This document shows positions 28,126 to 35,873 of a stretch of 38,582 nucleotides of DNA, piece after piece (position 1 is the first letter of the stretch; the number at the start of each line of letters is the position of its first letter). Position numbers and translations under genes: made by a program. The DNA comes from Chloroflexota bacterium (lineage in GTDB: Bacteria > Chloroflexota > Anaerolineae > Anaerolineales > UBA4823), in assembly GCA_020346705.1 (NCBI GenBank), contig CP070785.1, positions 1,108,749 to 1,147,330 of the forward strand, given 5' to 3'. The notes under the pieces are model-generated. The model was not told the origin of the DNA. It ran no database searches and saw nothing but the letters and a program-made list of their open reading frames with translations.

Positions 28126-28154
28126 ATTGTAACCGCTGCCAAGTCCAGGCGCAA
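28126..28154 (-). promoter_or_regulatory. promoter-like TTGCGC - 17 nt - TACAAT, 9 nt upstream of the folC ATG
   Basis: On the minus strand: TTGCGC (28154-28149), a 17-nt spacer, TACAAT (28131-28126), then 9 nt and ATG (28116). No Shine-Dalgarno. Confidence 0.5.
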
Positions 28155-28386
28155 GAGGTTGTATTCGCGTTGAAAAGCTGGTTAGTGATCAATATCACTT
28201 GCCATTGCTATGAAATCGCGTTATTATTTAATCGTCCATAAACTGCGCTGTTTTATAGCGCACATAAACTTGGAAAAACATGATTTCATCCTCACGCCAC
28301 ACAACACCGCCATCAAATTTTGTGAGGTTTTTTGTATTTAAATCATCATTAATGCCCAGATATATTTGTAAATTGAGGAACTCAAG

Positions 28387-28707
28387 ATGAGTTCTTCAAT
28401 CTCTACTACCACCCCATTAACGGCTGTAGAACCTACCAGGTTGGTGCTAACCCGCGTCACAGATCGCATGGCGAATTTCCCATGGTGGGGTTTGGTCCTC
28501 GTTCTAATGGCGGTATTTCTAATCTACAGATTCTTGATTGATGCCACCTATCAGGAAATCATCCCTTTCATGATTGTGGGAATTCGGCTCACCATCCAAG
28601 TTATCTTAATTGCATCTGTCATCACAACGGTCTATCTTTATCAGATCATAACGCTGAAATTATCTATAAGAGACATATACATGGAAAGGCGGATGAGCAT
28701 GAGTTAA
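28387..28707 (+). CDS. small hypothetical membrane protein, possibly a truncated remnant of a polar amino-acid ABC permease
   Basis: 106-aa ORF in an AT-rich stretch with two TM helices. IDATYQEIIPFMIVGIRLTIQVILIAS resembles the N-terminal region of His/Glu/Gln/Arg-type permeases, but the conserved downstream part is missing. Confidence 0.35.
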   Translation: MSSSISTTTPLTAVEPTRLVLTRVTDRMANFPWWGLVLVLMAVFLIYRFLIDATYQEIIPFMIVGIRLTIQVILIASVITTVYLYQIITLKLSIRDIYMERRMSMS

Positions 28708-28813
28708 GAAGCATCAGACTTATCTATCGAATTGCATCGATCATCGAAAGGAGGTGGACAGAATTAATACTTATTAACTCAAGCTCCAAAAATTTAAAAA
28801 TTCTGAGGAGAAA

Positions 28814-29710
28814 ATGAAAATGAAGAAGCTTTTTCTGATTGTTAGTTTACTTATTGTGGCCAGCATGTTTCTAGCGGCCTGTGCACCTCCAGCCCCCGGC
28901 ACTGAATCTGATCCAATCATCTGGGTGCTCGTTCCCTCCCAGGATACGCAGGCTGTCCTGACCGGTGCTGAAGAGATTGCCGCCGTCTTCGAAGAAGAGG
29001 CTGGCCTGATTGTCGAACCTCTGGTCACGACGGACTACACCGGTGCGGTGGAGGCCATGTGCAGCGGCGAAGCTGATATGGGAGCCTTGAACACTTTCAA
29101 CTACGTGCTGGCCAACGCCCGTGAATGTGCAGAAGTCGCCCTAGCTTCGGTGCGCTTCGGCAGCACCTTCTACCAGGGTCAACTTGTTACACGCGCAGAC
29201 AGTGGAATCACGAGTATTGAAGACTTTGTTGGCAAAACCTTCTGCCGACCTGACCCGACTTCAACATCAGGTTGGGTGATCCCCAGCATTAACATGCAAG
29301 CCGCTGGCATAGATCCAGAGAATGATCTGGCTGAAATTATTGATGCTGGTGGGCACGACGCAGTAATCATCGCCGTCTATAATGGTGACTGCGATGTTGG
29401 GTCAACATTCGTGGATGCCCGCACCAATGTCGAGGAAGATTTCACCGATGTCATGGATGTTGTCACTGTTATTAGCGAATCCCCACCCATCCCCAACGAC
29501 ACGATCAGCTTCGAGCCAAGTGTTCCTGAGGATGTTCGCGCAGCTCTGGTTGCCGCTTTCCTGGAACTGGCTTCCACTGAAGAAGGGCTCGCCATCCTGG
29601 ATTCGGTCTACTCCTGGAGTGGCATGGAAGAAGTTGAGGACAGCTTCTACGATGGTTTTCGCCAGCAGCTGGAAGCTGCCGGGATCGATTTTGAAGAGCT
29701 GGGACAGTAA
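28814..29710 (+). CDS. phnD: phosphonate/phosphite-type ABC transporter substrate-binding lipoprotein
   Basis: GAGGAG 4 nt upstream of the ATG. Signal peptide with lipobox LAAC. PhnD-like pattern (VPSQD, TTDYTGAVEAMCSGEADMGALN, SGWVIP). Confidence 0.85.
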   Translation: MKMKKLFLIVSLLIVASMFLAACAPPAPGTESDPIIWVLVPSQDTQAVLTGAEEIAAVFEEEAGLIVEPLVTTDYTGAVEAMCSGEADMGALNTFNYVLANARECAEVALASVRFGSTFYQGQLVTRADSGITSIEDFVGKTFCRPDPTSTSGWVIPSINMQAAGIDPENDLAEIIDAGGHDAVIIAVYNGDCDVGSTFVDARTNVEEDFTDVMDVVTVISESPPIPNDTISFEPSVPEDVRAALVAAFLELASTEEGLAILDSVYSWSGMEEVEDSFYDGFRQQLEAAGIDFEELGQ

Positions 29711-29737
29711 GCTGCTTACAACCACAAACTAGACCTT

Positions 29738-29769
29738 ACAAGGGAAGAGAGACATCTCTCTTCCCTTGT
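29738..29769 (+). promoter_or_regulatory. perfect 14-bp intercistronic hairpin between phnD and phnC
   Basis: ACAAGGGAAGAGAG (29738-29751), loop ACAT, CTCTCTTCCCTTGT (29756-29769). No T-tract follows. Confidence 0.8.
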
Positions 29770-29787
29770 TCAAAACTAATACCCAAT

Positions 29788-30552
29788 ATGCTTCAAATTG
29801 AGAATTTAACCAAGATTTATGACGATGGTACCCAGGCCCTGACTGATGTGAGCTTTACCGTCGAAGAGGGTGAGTTCCTGGTGGTGATCGGGTTGAGCGG
29901 CTCGGGGAAATCAACGCTCTTGCGCTGCATCAACCGCTTGGTTGAACCCACCGAAGGACGCATCACCTGGAATGGTCGCGACATCACCGCCGCGGACCAA
30001 TCTGAATTGCGTGAGATTCGCCGTGAGATCGGCATGATCTTCCAGCATTTCAATCTGGTTAAACGCTCTACAGTAATGACCAATGTGCTCTCCGGACGGT
30101 TGGGTTATACACCTCCCGCATGGAGTTTGATAAACCGTTTTCGGAAGGAAGATAGAGTGCGCGCCATGCAAGCCCTGGAGCGGGTTGGCATTCCGGACAA
30201 AGCGGGTAACCGCGCCGATGAGCTCAGTGGAGGCCAACAGCAGCGGGTTGGTATCGCCCGAGCCTTGATGCAGGAACCCAAGATGATCCTGGCCGATGAG
30301 CCTGTCGCCAGTCTCGATCCCGTGCTGGCGCATTCCATCCTGGGTAACCTGGAGCGGATCAACCAGGAAGATAATATGACCGTCATCTGCAGCCTGCACT
30401 TTCTGGACCTGGTCCAACGCTATGCATCCAGGGTGATCGGTTTACGGGATGGAGTGATCGTCTTTGAGGGGGACAGCCAGGATATCCGGCAGCTGAGCGA
30501 TGAACGCTTCAAGGAGATCTACGGCGAAGAAGCTGAACGTCTCGGCGGATAA
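29788..30552 (+). CDS. phnC: phosphonate ABC transporter ATP-binding protein
   Basis: Walker A GLSGSGKST, signature LSGGQQQRVGIARAL, Walker B ILADEP. The PhnC-like length (254 aa) and the position between phnD and phnE fit. Confidence 0.9.
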   Translation: MLQIENLTKIYDDGTQALTDVSFTVEEGEFLVVIGLSGSGKSTLLRCINRLVEPTEGRITWNGRDITAADQSELREIRREIGMIFQHFNLVKRSTVMTNVLSGRLGYTPPAWSLINRFRKEDRVRAMQALERVGIPDKAGNRADELSGGQQQRVGIARALMQEPKMILADEPVASLDPVLAHSILGNLERINQEDNMTVICSLHFLDLVQRYASRVIGLRDGVIVFEGDSQDIRQLSDERFKEIYGEEAERLGG

Positions 30553-30577
30553 AATGATCAACCGAAAAATATAACAC

Positions 30578-32722
30578 ATGGACGCCAACCAAGAACCAAC
30601 TGTAAACAGAAGGCCTTCCCTCCTTTATGGTGCTTTATCTTTGGTCCTGCCTGGTTTAGGCCAGGCGATAGCAGGCCAGTTTAGACGCGGTAGTGGAATT
30701 TTCCTGACTTTTATCGTCCTGGCTGGTCTCAGCATATGGACAGTTGCCCAACGGGCGCGCTTTCCCGATTTAACCCTCAGTGCCCAAATCTTCTGGATCG
30801 TTTTCCTCGAGTGTGCGGCATTATTATTATTTTTAATTTGTATCCGTTACCTGTTAAATCGGTTTCTGATTAAAGATGTCTCCGGACAGGTCTTTACTCA
30901 ATGGGGTCTGATCATATTTTATGCAGTGGCGATCTTCCTGATTGCGGACTCGTTACTTTCCAACGCAGGAACTTCAGAGGAGTTACAGCAGGTTTACGAG
31001 TCGACAACTGTATTTTCTGCAGCTATTTTTGCGGTGTTCTGGTTTTGGCAGATCGGAGATGCTGCCCGCATCGGCGCCAGGCAAGAAATCCCTTCGATGG
31101 GTCCCGCCATCGCCAGCGCCTGTTTGCTGATCTTCGTACTGGGATGGAACATCACCCAAATCGATTTACCAAAGGCAATCGAAGAGTACAGAGATACCCA
31201 AGTAATCCTACGCCAGCTGATCTGGCCCTGGGAAGCTGCCTTTGAATTTGAGGTAGTCAGCGTTGAAGCTACCGCCAGGGTTCAAGCACCCTGTCCTGAG
31301 GGGGAGATTGGTCCGCCTGAAAATGAACCCATAGCAGGAGAATCTTGGATTATTGTTACCCCAACCTGTGGTGAGTTGAGTGTTCTTAGTCTAAGCGGAG
31401 AATTCACACCGGGAACCGAACTCACTATCACGGGAGGCAATTTTACCCCTGGGTCCGAAGTGGAGATATTTTGGAAAAATCCGATTGGTAATCCTTTCCG
31501 CCCACGCGGAGTTGGGGAAACGATCATCCCGATCGATGAGAATGGTGAGTTTGTCACCAACCTCAATATCCCCCAAGCACTCATACCAGATACTGCCGTC
31601 GGCGCCCAAATTCATACTGTGGTTATCCGCGAAGAAAGCACGGTGGTCTTCACCTGGCGGCTCAGCCGGGAGATGAAGTTGGCCCTGGTCGGCATGCTGG
31701 AGACCATCATGCTGGGTCTCATGGCGACCTTCTTCGGTATTATTTTCGCCGTCCCGCTGAGCTTTTTAGCCGCCCGCAACTTGATGTCCAATATCGTCAG
31801 CACGATCAGCGCCATCACAGGCGGTTTATTGTTGGCAGTGGCCGGCTTGATATTAGCCGGGCTGATAACAGGACAGATCAGTTCCCTGCTAGGTGGTTTG
31901 AGTGAAAACCCGATCTTGATCGCCCTGATTGGGTTGGTGCTGGTACTTGGTCTCGGCTATTTAGGCTGGAGATTGGGTTCCTGGGGATTGGCAACCCTGG
32001 GTGAACGCGCGCCAGCGATATTGAGCCGGATCCTGACTGCTTTCCTATTTGCACTGATTGGAGCTGCATTTGGATATGCACTCGGTCTCTTTTTCAGCAG
32101 GGGCATCCGGGCGATTATCTTACCGGACGAGGTTGCTGCGCTGACCGAGGATCGCTACGCCATCTTTGGGGCAGGCGTCCTGGGGGTGATCAGCTTCATA
32201 TACGCCTACCGGATTAACTTCGATGGTGAAATCCGCATCGGGATGATCATCTATGCCATCGTGCGCACTATCATGAACATCGTGCGCGCCATTGAGCCCC
32301 TGATCTGGGCCCTGGTCGGCATCATCTGGGTCGGACCAGGACCATTCGCCGGAACGATCGCACTAACCTTGCATACCATCGCTGCCTTAGGAAAGCTGTA
32401 TTCAGAATCAATAGAAAGCATCGATCCAGGACCGCTGGAAGCAATCCAAGCCACCGGCGGCAACCGGTTGCAAACCATTATCTACGCTGTGATTCCACAG
32501 GTTTTACCGCCCTTTATCTCCTTTACCATTTACCGCTGGGATATCAATGTGCGCCTCTCGACGGTTATCGGTCTGGTCGGTGGCGGTGGTATCGGCTTCA
32601 TTCTCATCCAGTGGATCCGTCAGTTCGAGTATGAAGCTGCCGGCCTGGCTGTCTGGTTGATCGCCATCACGGTGTCTGTCCTGGATTACGTCAGCTCTGA
32701 GATTCGCGAGCGATTCGTCTAA
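30578..32722 (+). CDS. phnE: phosphonate ABC transporter permease with large N-terminal extension and internal insertions
   Basis: The C-terminal part is classic PhnE (LETIMLGLMATFFGIIFAVPLSFLAARN ... AIEPLIWALVGIIWVGPGPFAGTIALTLHTIAALGKLYSESIESID...EAIQATGGNRLQ). The protein is 714 aa. Confidence 0.85.
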   Translation: MDANQEPTVNRRPSLLYGALSLVLPGLGQAIAGQFRRGSGIFLTFIVLAGLSIWTVAQRARFPDLTLSAQIFWIVFLECAALLLFLICIRYLLNRFLIKDVSGQVFTQWGLIIFYAVAIFLIADSLLSNAGTSEELQQVYESTTVFSAAIFAVFWFWQIGDAARIGARQEIPSMGPAIASACLLIFVLGWNITQIDLPKAIEEYRDTQVILRQLIWPWEAAFEFEVVSVEATARVQAPCPEGEIGPPENEPIAGESWIIVTPTCGELSVLSLSGEFTPGTELTITGGNFTPGSEVEIFWKNPIGNPFRPRGVGETIIPIDENGEFVTNLNIPQALIPDTAVGAQIHTVVIREESTVVFTWRLSREMKLALVGMLETIMLGLMATFFGIIFAVPLSFLAARNLMSNIVSTISAITGGLLLAVAGLILAGLITGQISSLLGGLSENPILIALIGLVLVLGLGYLGWRLGSWGLATLGERAPAILSRILTAFLFALIGAAFGYALGLFFSRGIRAIILPDEVAALTEDRYAIFGAGVLGVISFIYAYRINFDGEIRIGMIIYAIVRTIMNIVRAIEPLIWALVGIIWVGPGPFAGTIALTLHTIAALGKLYSESIESIDPGPLEAIQATGGNRLQTIIYAVIPQVLPPFISFTIYRWDINVRLSTVIGLVGGGGIGFILIQWIRQFEYEAAGLAVWLIAITVSVLDYVSSEIRERFV

Positions 32723-32815
32723 ATATATTAAACTTCGATTAGTGTTTCCCTGGGAGCTGTTGTATATGGCGACAGTTCTCAGTTCTATTTGTGGGTGACA
32801 TGGTAAAATTCGCCC

Positions 32816-33475
32816 GTGCTGAGCAAAGTAACCAAGATCTTTTTGGGTTTATTCATCTTTTTCCTAGTTCTGTTCGTCATTTTAGGAACAGTACCGCGGA
32901 CGCTGACGCGCCTGTATGCCGATTCCCGGTTGTTTGATCCTGCAAACTCCCCTTCTGGAAGGGTAGCCATCGTATTTGGTGCAGGGCTTTACCGCAACGG
33001 TTCCCCCACACCTGTTTTGAGAGACCGGATAGAAACGGCAGTTGACCTCTATAATCTTGGGAAGGTTGAAAAACTGCTCATGAGCGGTAACGTTTCTCGA
33101 GGCCATAACGAACCCGCGGCGATGCGTACATATGCTCTCGGTTTAGGGATTCCAGATGAAGACATTATCCTCGATGATCAAGGCTTGCGAACTTACGACA
33201 CCTGCTATCGTGCCCGGGATATTTTTGGCCTTGACTCTGCTATCCTTGTAACCCAGGCCTTTCATCTTCCACGCGCCGTTTACACTTGCAATTTGTTGGG
33301 TGTCTCCGCAATCGGAGTGCCTGCCGATTTACGCCAGTATCGCCAGGCATCGCAAACCTTCTGGAATTTCCGCGAAACGGTTGCGACTGCTGTCGCCTTA
33401 TGGCAAGTTCACTTTTCACAACCGCAGCCCATACTTGGAAATCCGGAACCAATCTTCCCCCTGGAGGTTCAATGA
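32816..33475 (+). CDS. SanA/YdcF (DUF218) family protein
   Basis: N-terminal TM followed by AIVFGAGLYRNGSPTPVLRDRIETAVDLYNLGKVEKLLMSG and ILVTQAFHLPRA. GTG start at 32816. Confidence 0.8.
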   Translation: MLSKVTKIFLGLFIFFLVLFVILGTVPRTLTRLYADSRLFDPANSPSGRVAIVFGAGLYRNGSPTPVLRDRIETAVDLYNLGKVEKLLMSGNVSRGHNEPAAMRTYALGLGIPDEDIILDDQGLRTYDTCYRARDIFGLDSAILVTQAFHLPRAVYTCNLLGVSAIGVPADLRQYRQASQTFWNFRETVATAVALWQVHFSQPQPILGNPEPIFPLEVQ

Positions 33476-34038
33476 ACAGGGAAAACGCCCTCGCCATCGT
33501 TGAGCAGTATGTCTCGAACGAGAATTTAATCCGGCACATGTTGGCCGTTGAAGCAGCCATGCGGTTTTACGCAAATAAATATGACCAGGATGCCGAATTG
33601 TGGGGAAACACCGGGCTGCTGCATGATTTTGATTGGGAGATCCACCCGACCCTGGAAGAACACCCCCAAGCCGGTGCGCCAATCCTGAGGGAAAATGGGG
33701 TTCCGGAGGAAATTATCCGCGCCATTCTCAGCCACGCTGACCATACTGGTGTTCCCCGGGAAACACTGATGGAGAAAGCCCTCTTGGCTTGTGATGAAAT
33801 AACCGGCCTGATCACCGCGGTCGCTTTAGTGCGACCCTCCCGTTCCTTGGACGACTTGAAGGTCAAATCTGTAAAAAAGAAGTGGAAAGATCGCTCTTTT
33901 GCAGCGGGCGCTGACCGGGAAGAGATAGCCCGCGCGGTAGAAGATTTTGGGGTGGATTTGTGGGAGCACACTACAAATGTAATCCTGGCAATGCGGACCA
34001 TTGGTACCGAGTTGGGATTTAATCAATTGAATCCATGA
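33472..34038 (+). CDS. HD/HDIG-domain metal-dependent phosphohydrolase
   Basis: Start set at ATG 33472 (GGAGG at 33463-33467, ATGA overlap with the SanA-like stop). H...HD metal motif in IRHMLAVEAAM...GLLHDFDWE. 188 aa. Confidence 0.8.
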   Translation: MNRENALAIVEQYVSNENLIRHMLAVEAAMRFYANKYDQDAELWGNTGLLHDFDWEIHPTLEEHPQAGAPILRENGVPEEIIRAILSHADHTGVPRETLMEKALLACDEITGLITAVALVRPSRSLDDLKVKSVKKKWKDRSFAAGADREEIARAVEDFGVDLWEHTTNVILAMRTIGTELGFNQLNP

Positions 34039-34116
34039 AGATTTGGGATCCTGGCTTGGGGGCCTTCAAGGAATAATTACCCGGGGAATCCCAATTGCTA
34101 ATACCCAATTAAATTG

Positions 34117-34145
34117 TTGACAAGCTGGCCTTTCTCGGCTAAACT
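34117..34145 (+). promoter_or_regulatory. sigma70-like promoter TTGACA - 17 nt - TAAACT
   Basis: TTGACA 34117-34122, a 17-nt spacer, TAAACT 34140-34145. GGAGG 34190-34194 precedes ATG 34200. Confidence 0.6.
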
Positions 34146-34199
34146 ATCCTCAATCTAATGACTATACGAACTACCTATCCGCAATGACTGGAGGTTCTT

Positions 34200-35105
34200 A
34201 TGTCCCCTCAAGAAGTTACCACTGCCCATATCACTCCCCAAACCACATTGATCCCTGCCATCAATGCCTGGCAATATTATCTAGAAGATCAGGGCAGTTC
34301 ACCTAACACCATCAAAGCTTTCATCGGCGATCTTAACCTGCTTGCCTCCTACCTTCCCCCTGACCGCACCCTAGGCAGCATCACAACCACGGATTTGAAC
34401 AACTTCTTAAATTGGATGCAGCACGGCCGGGGTGTGCCCTGCAGTCCGAAGACCCTTTCCCGGCGGATCACCTCGCTCAAGGCATTTTTCCGCTGGCTGA
34501 ACGAGTATGGCGTGCTTCTGGTTGATCCAGCAGAACAAGTCGTTCAGAAATCCGTCATCAGCCCACTACCGACCGTTTTGAATCCTGATGAGGTCCGTGA
34601 AGCCCTGGCAGTAGCGGAGGAATTTTGGCAGAAGGCACCCCACGATTCCCGCTATCTGGCGCTTTTTGATATGCTGATCAACACTGGGTTGAAGAAAAGT
34701 GAGACGCTTGCCTTACAGTTAAATCACATCGATCTTGAAGCGCCAGGCGGCGCGCTGGTATTCGTGCGCTACGCGAATCCGCAATATCGTTTCAAAGAAC
34801 GCAAAATCCCCCTGCCGGATAGCTGGGTTGAACTTTATCCAAAATACAAAGAGCAGTACAACCTGACTGACAGGGTTTTCCCCTGGTCTCCTCGCCGGCT
34901 TGAATATCTGCTGGAAGACATCAGCGTGCAGGCAGGATTAGAAAAACATATCTCATTTGAGATGTGCCGCTGGACGTGCGCTCTCAGCGATTACCAGTCT
35001 GGGATGGAGCCCGATAAAATTCGTCAGAAATTGGGTATCTCAAAAATCCAGTGGCGAGAAGTGCGCATGAAACTCAGGAAGCTTTCAGCACCGGAAAAAG
35101 ATTAG
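34200..35105 (+). CDS. Xer-like tyrosine-recombinase-fold protein with a degenerate active site
   Basis: N-terminal SAM-like core-binding domain (AINAWQYYLEDQGSSPNTIKAFIGDLNLLASYL, TLSRRITSLKAFFRWL) and a C-terminal catalytic-fold domain (LALFDMLINTGLKKSETLAL, FKERKIPLP). The catalytic positions are substituted; see findings. Confidence 0.7.
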   Translation: MSPQEVTTAHITPQTTLIPAINAWQYYLEDQGSSPNTIKAFIGDLNLLASYLPPDRTLGSITTTDLNNFLNWMQHGRGVPCSPKTLSRRITSLKAFFRWLNEYGVLLVDPAEQVVQKSVISPLPTVLNPDEVREALAVAEEFWQKAPHDSRYLALFDMLINTGLKKSETLALQLNHIDLEAPGGALVFVRYANPQYRFKERKIPLPDSWVELYPKYKEQYNLTDRVFPWSPRRLEYLLEDISVQAGLEKHISFEMCRWTCALSDYQSGMEPDKIRQKLGISKIQWREVRMKLRKLSAPEKD

Positions 35106-35111
35106 CCTGCA

Positions 35112-35735
35112 TTACTGCCACTTGACGACGATATCCCCAATGACATTGGCAGCCTGATCCCCCCGGTCGGCGGCATTGGAAAGGTGGCGATAAATCTCGC
35201 GCAGTTTTAATATCTCCATCACGCCGTTCAAATCTTGTGGATCGCGAAATAAATCGGCTAAAGCTTCCCGATATACCTGCTCAACCCGGTTTTCTAATGC
35301 TTTGGCCCGCACGGCATGATCGTTGGCAACATTGGGGTGATCGACCAGTTCCGAAACGCCACGCAATATCTCCACTGCAGCATCCGTCAAGAGAGATACC
35401 ATCCTTTCGAGGTATTGATTAGGTTCTACATTAAGGGTGGCCATACGGTCCACCGTTTCTTCCGCATAATCGAGAATATCGTCGATCGTCAGGGAGAGGG
35501 CGAAGATATCCTCCCGGTCAAAGGGGGTCACAAAGGTGCGGTTGAGCTCATCGATCAGTATCCGCCTGACCTCATCCTCTTCTGATTCAATCTTGTTCAC
35601 TTTTTCAGCAATGGTGCTGTCGGGCTGCTGCATGTACAGCTTTAAAGCTTCCAAGCCCTCCACAGTGAATTCTGCTTGTTTGATCAAAAGCTCTAAAAAG
35701 CGGTTGCTCTTCCTTCGTCGTCGAAATAATCTCAT
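35112..35735 (-). CDS. DUF47 / TIGR00153-family (PhoU-like) protein
   Basis: MRLFRRRRKSNRFLELLIKQAE... and TPFDREDI motifs typical of DUF47. ATG 35735 (GAGAGG upstream) is preferred over TTG 35753. Confidence 0.8.
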   Translation of the reverse strand: MRLFRRRRKSNRFLELLIKQAEFTVEGLEALKLYMQQPDSTIAEKVNKIESEEDEVRRILIDELNRTFVTPFDREDIFALSLTIDDILDYAEETVDRMATLNVEPNQYLERMVSLLTDAAVEILRGVSELVDHPNVANDHAVRAKALENRVEQVYREALADLFRDPQDLNGVMEILKLREIYRHLSNAADRGDQAANVIGDIVVKWQ

Positions 35736-35810
35736 CAGCGGACCTCTCGCCAAGCAGCTTCTTTCCGGTTAAATATTCATTTATTCCCAGTGCAAAATTG
35801 ATTAATGACC

Positions 35811-35845
35811 ATTATAACAAATGCACATCTACATGCACCCATCAC
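35811..35845 (-). promoter_or_regulatory. extended -10 (TGTTATAAT) with a tandem hexamer array in place of a -35
   Basis: On the minus strand: TGTTATAAT (35819-35811). The -35 position reads GGTGCA, a poor match. Plus-strand hexamers ATGCAC 35821-35826, ATCTAC 35827-35832 and ATGCAC 35833-35838, then CCATCAC, abut the -10. Confidence 0.45.
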
Positions 35846-35873
35846 TGCTCCTGACCCAATTACTAACCTGAGT

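Noticed and set aside
29911-30417. 168-aa antisense ORF inside phnC, and the 29382..29732 / 29402..29725 ORFs inside phnD
   Set aside because: These are shadow frames of well-supported ABC transporter genes, with no independent signals.
33286-33471. N-terminal 62-codon extension of the HD-hydrolase ORF overlapping the SanA-like gene
   Set aside because: The extension lies in an alternative frame of the SanA-like coding sequence and has no HD-family similarity. ATG 33472 with GGAGG and an ATGA overlap is a far better start.
33472-34038. HD-domain protein downstream of phnDCE as a PhnZ-type C-P bond-cleaving oxygenase
   Set aside because: The motif context (RHMLAVE...LLHDFDWE) looks like the generic COG2316/HDIG hydrolase type. 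There is no PhnY-like dioxygenase partner, and a SanA-like gene separates it from phnE.
34039-35111. Xer-like gene as a marker of an integrated mobile element or prophage end
   Set aside because: I saw no flanking direct or inverted repeats, tRNA gene, phage or transposase genes, and the neighbours are ordinary chromosomal genes. The degenerate active site also argues against an active integrase.
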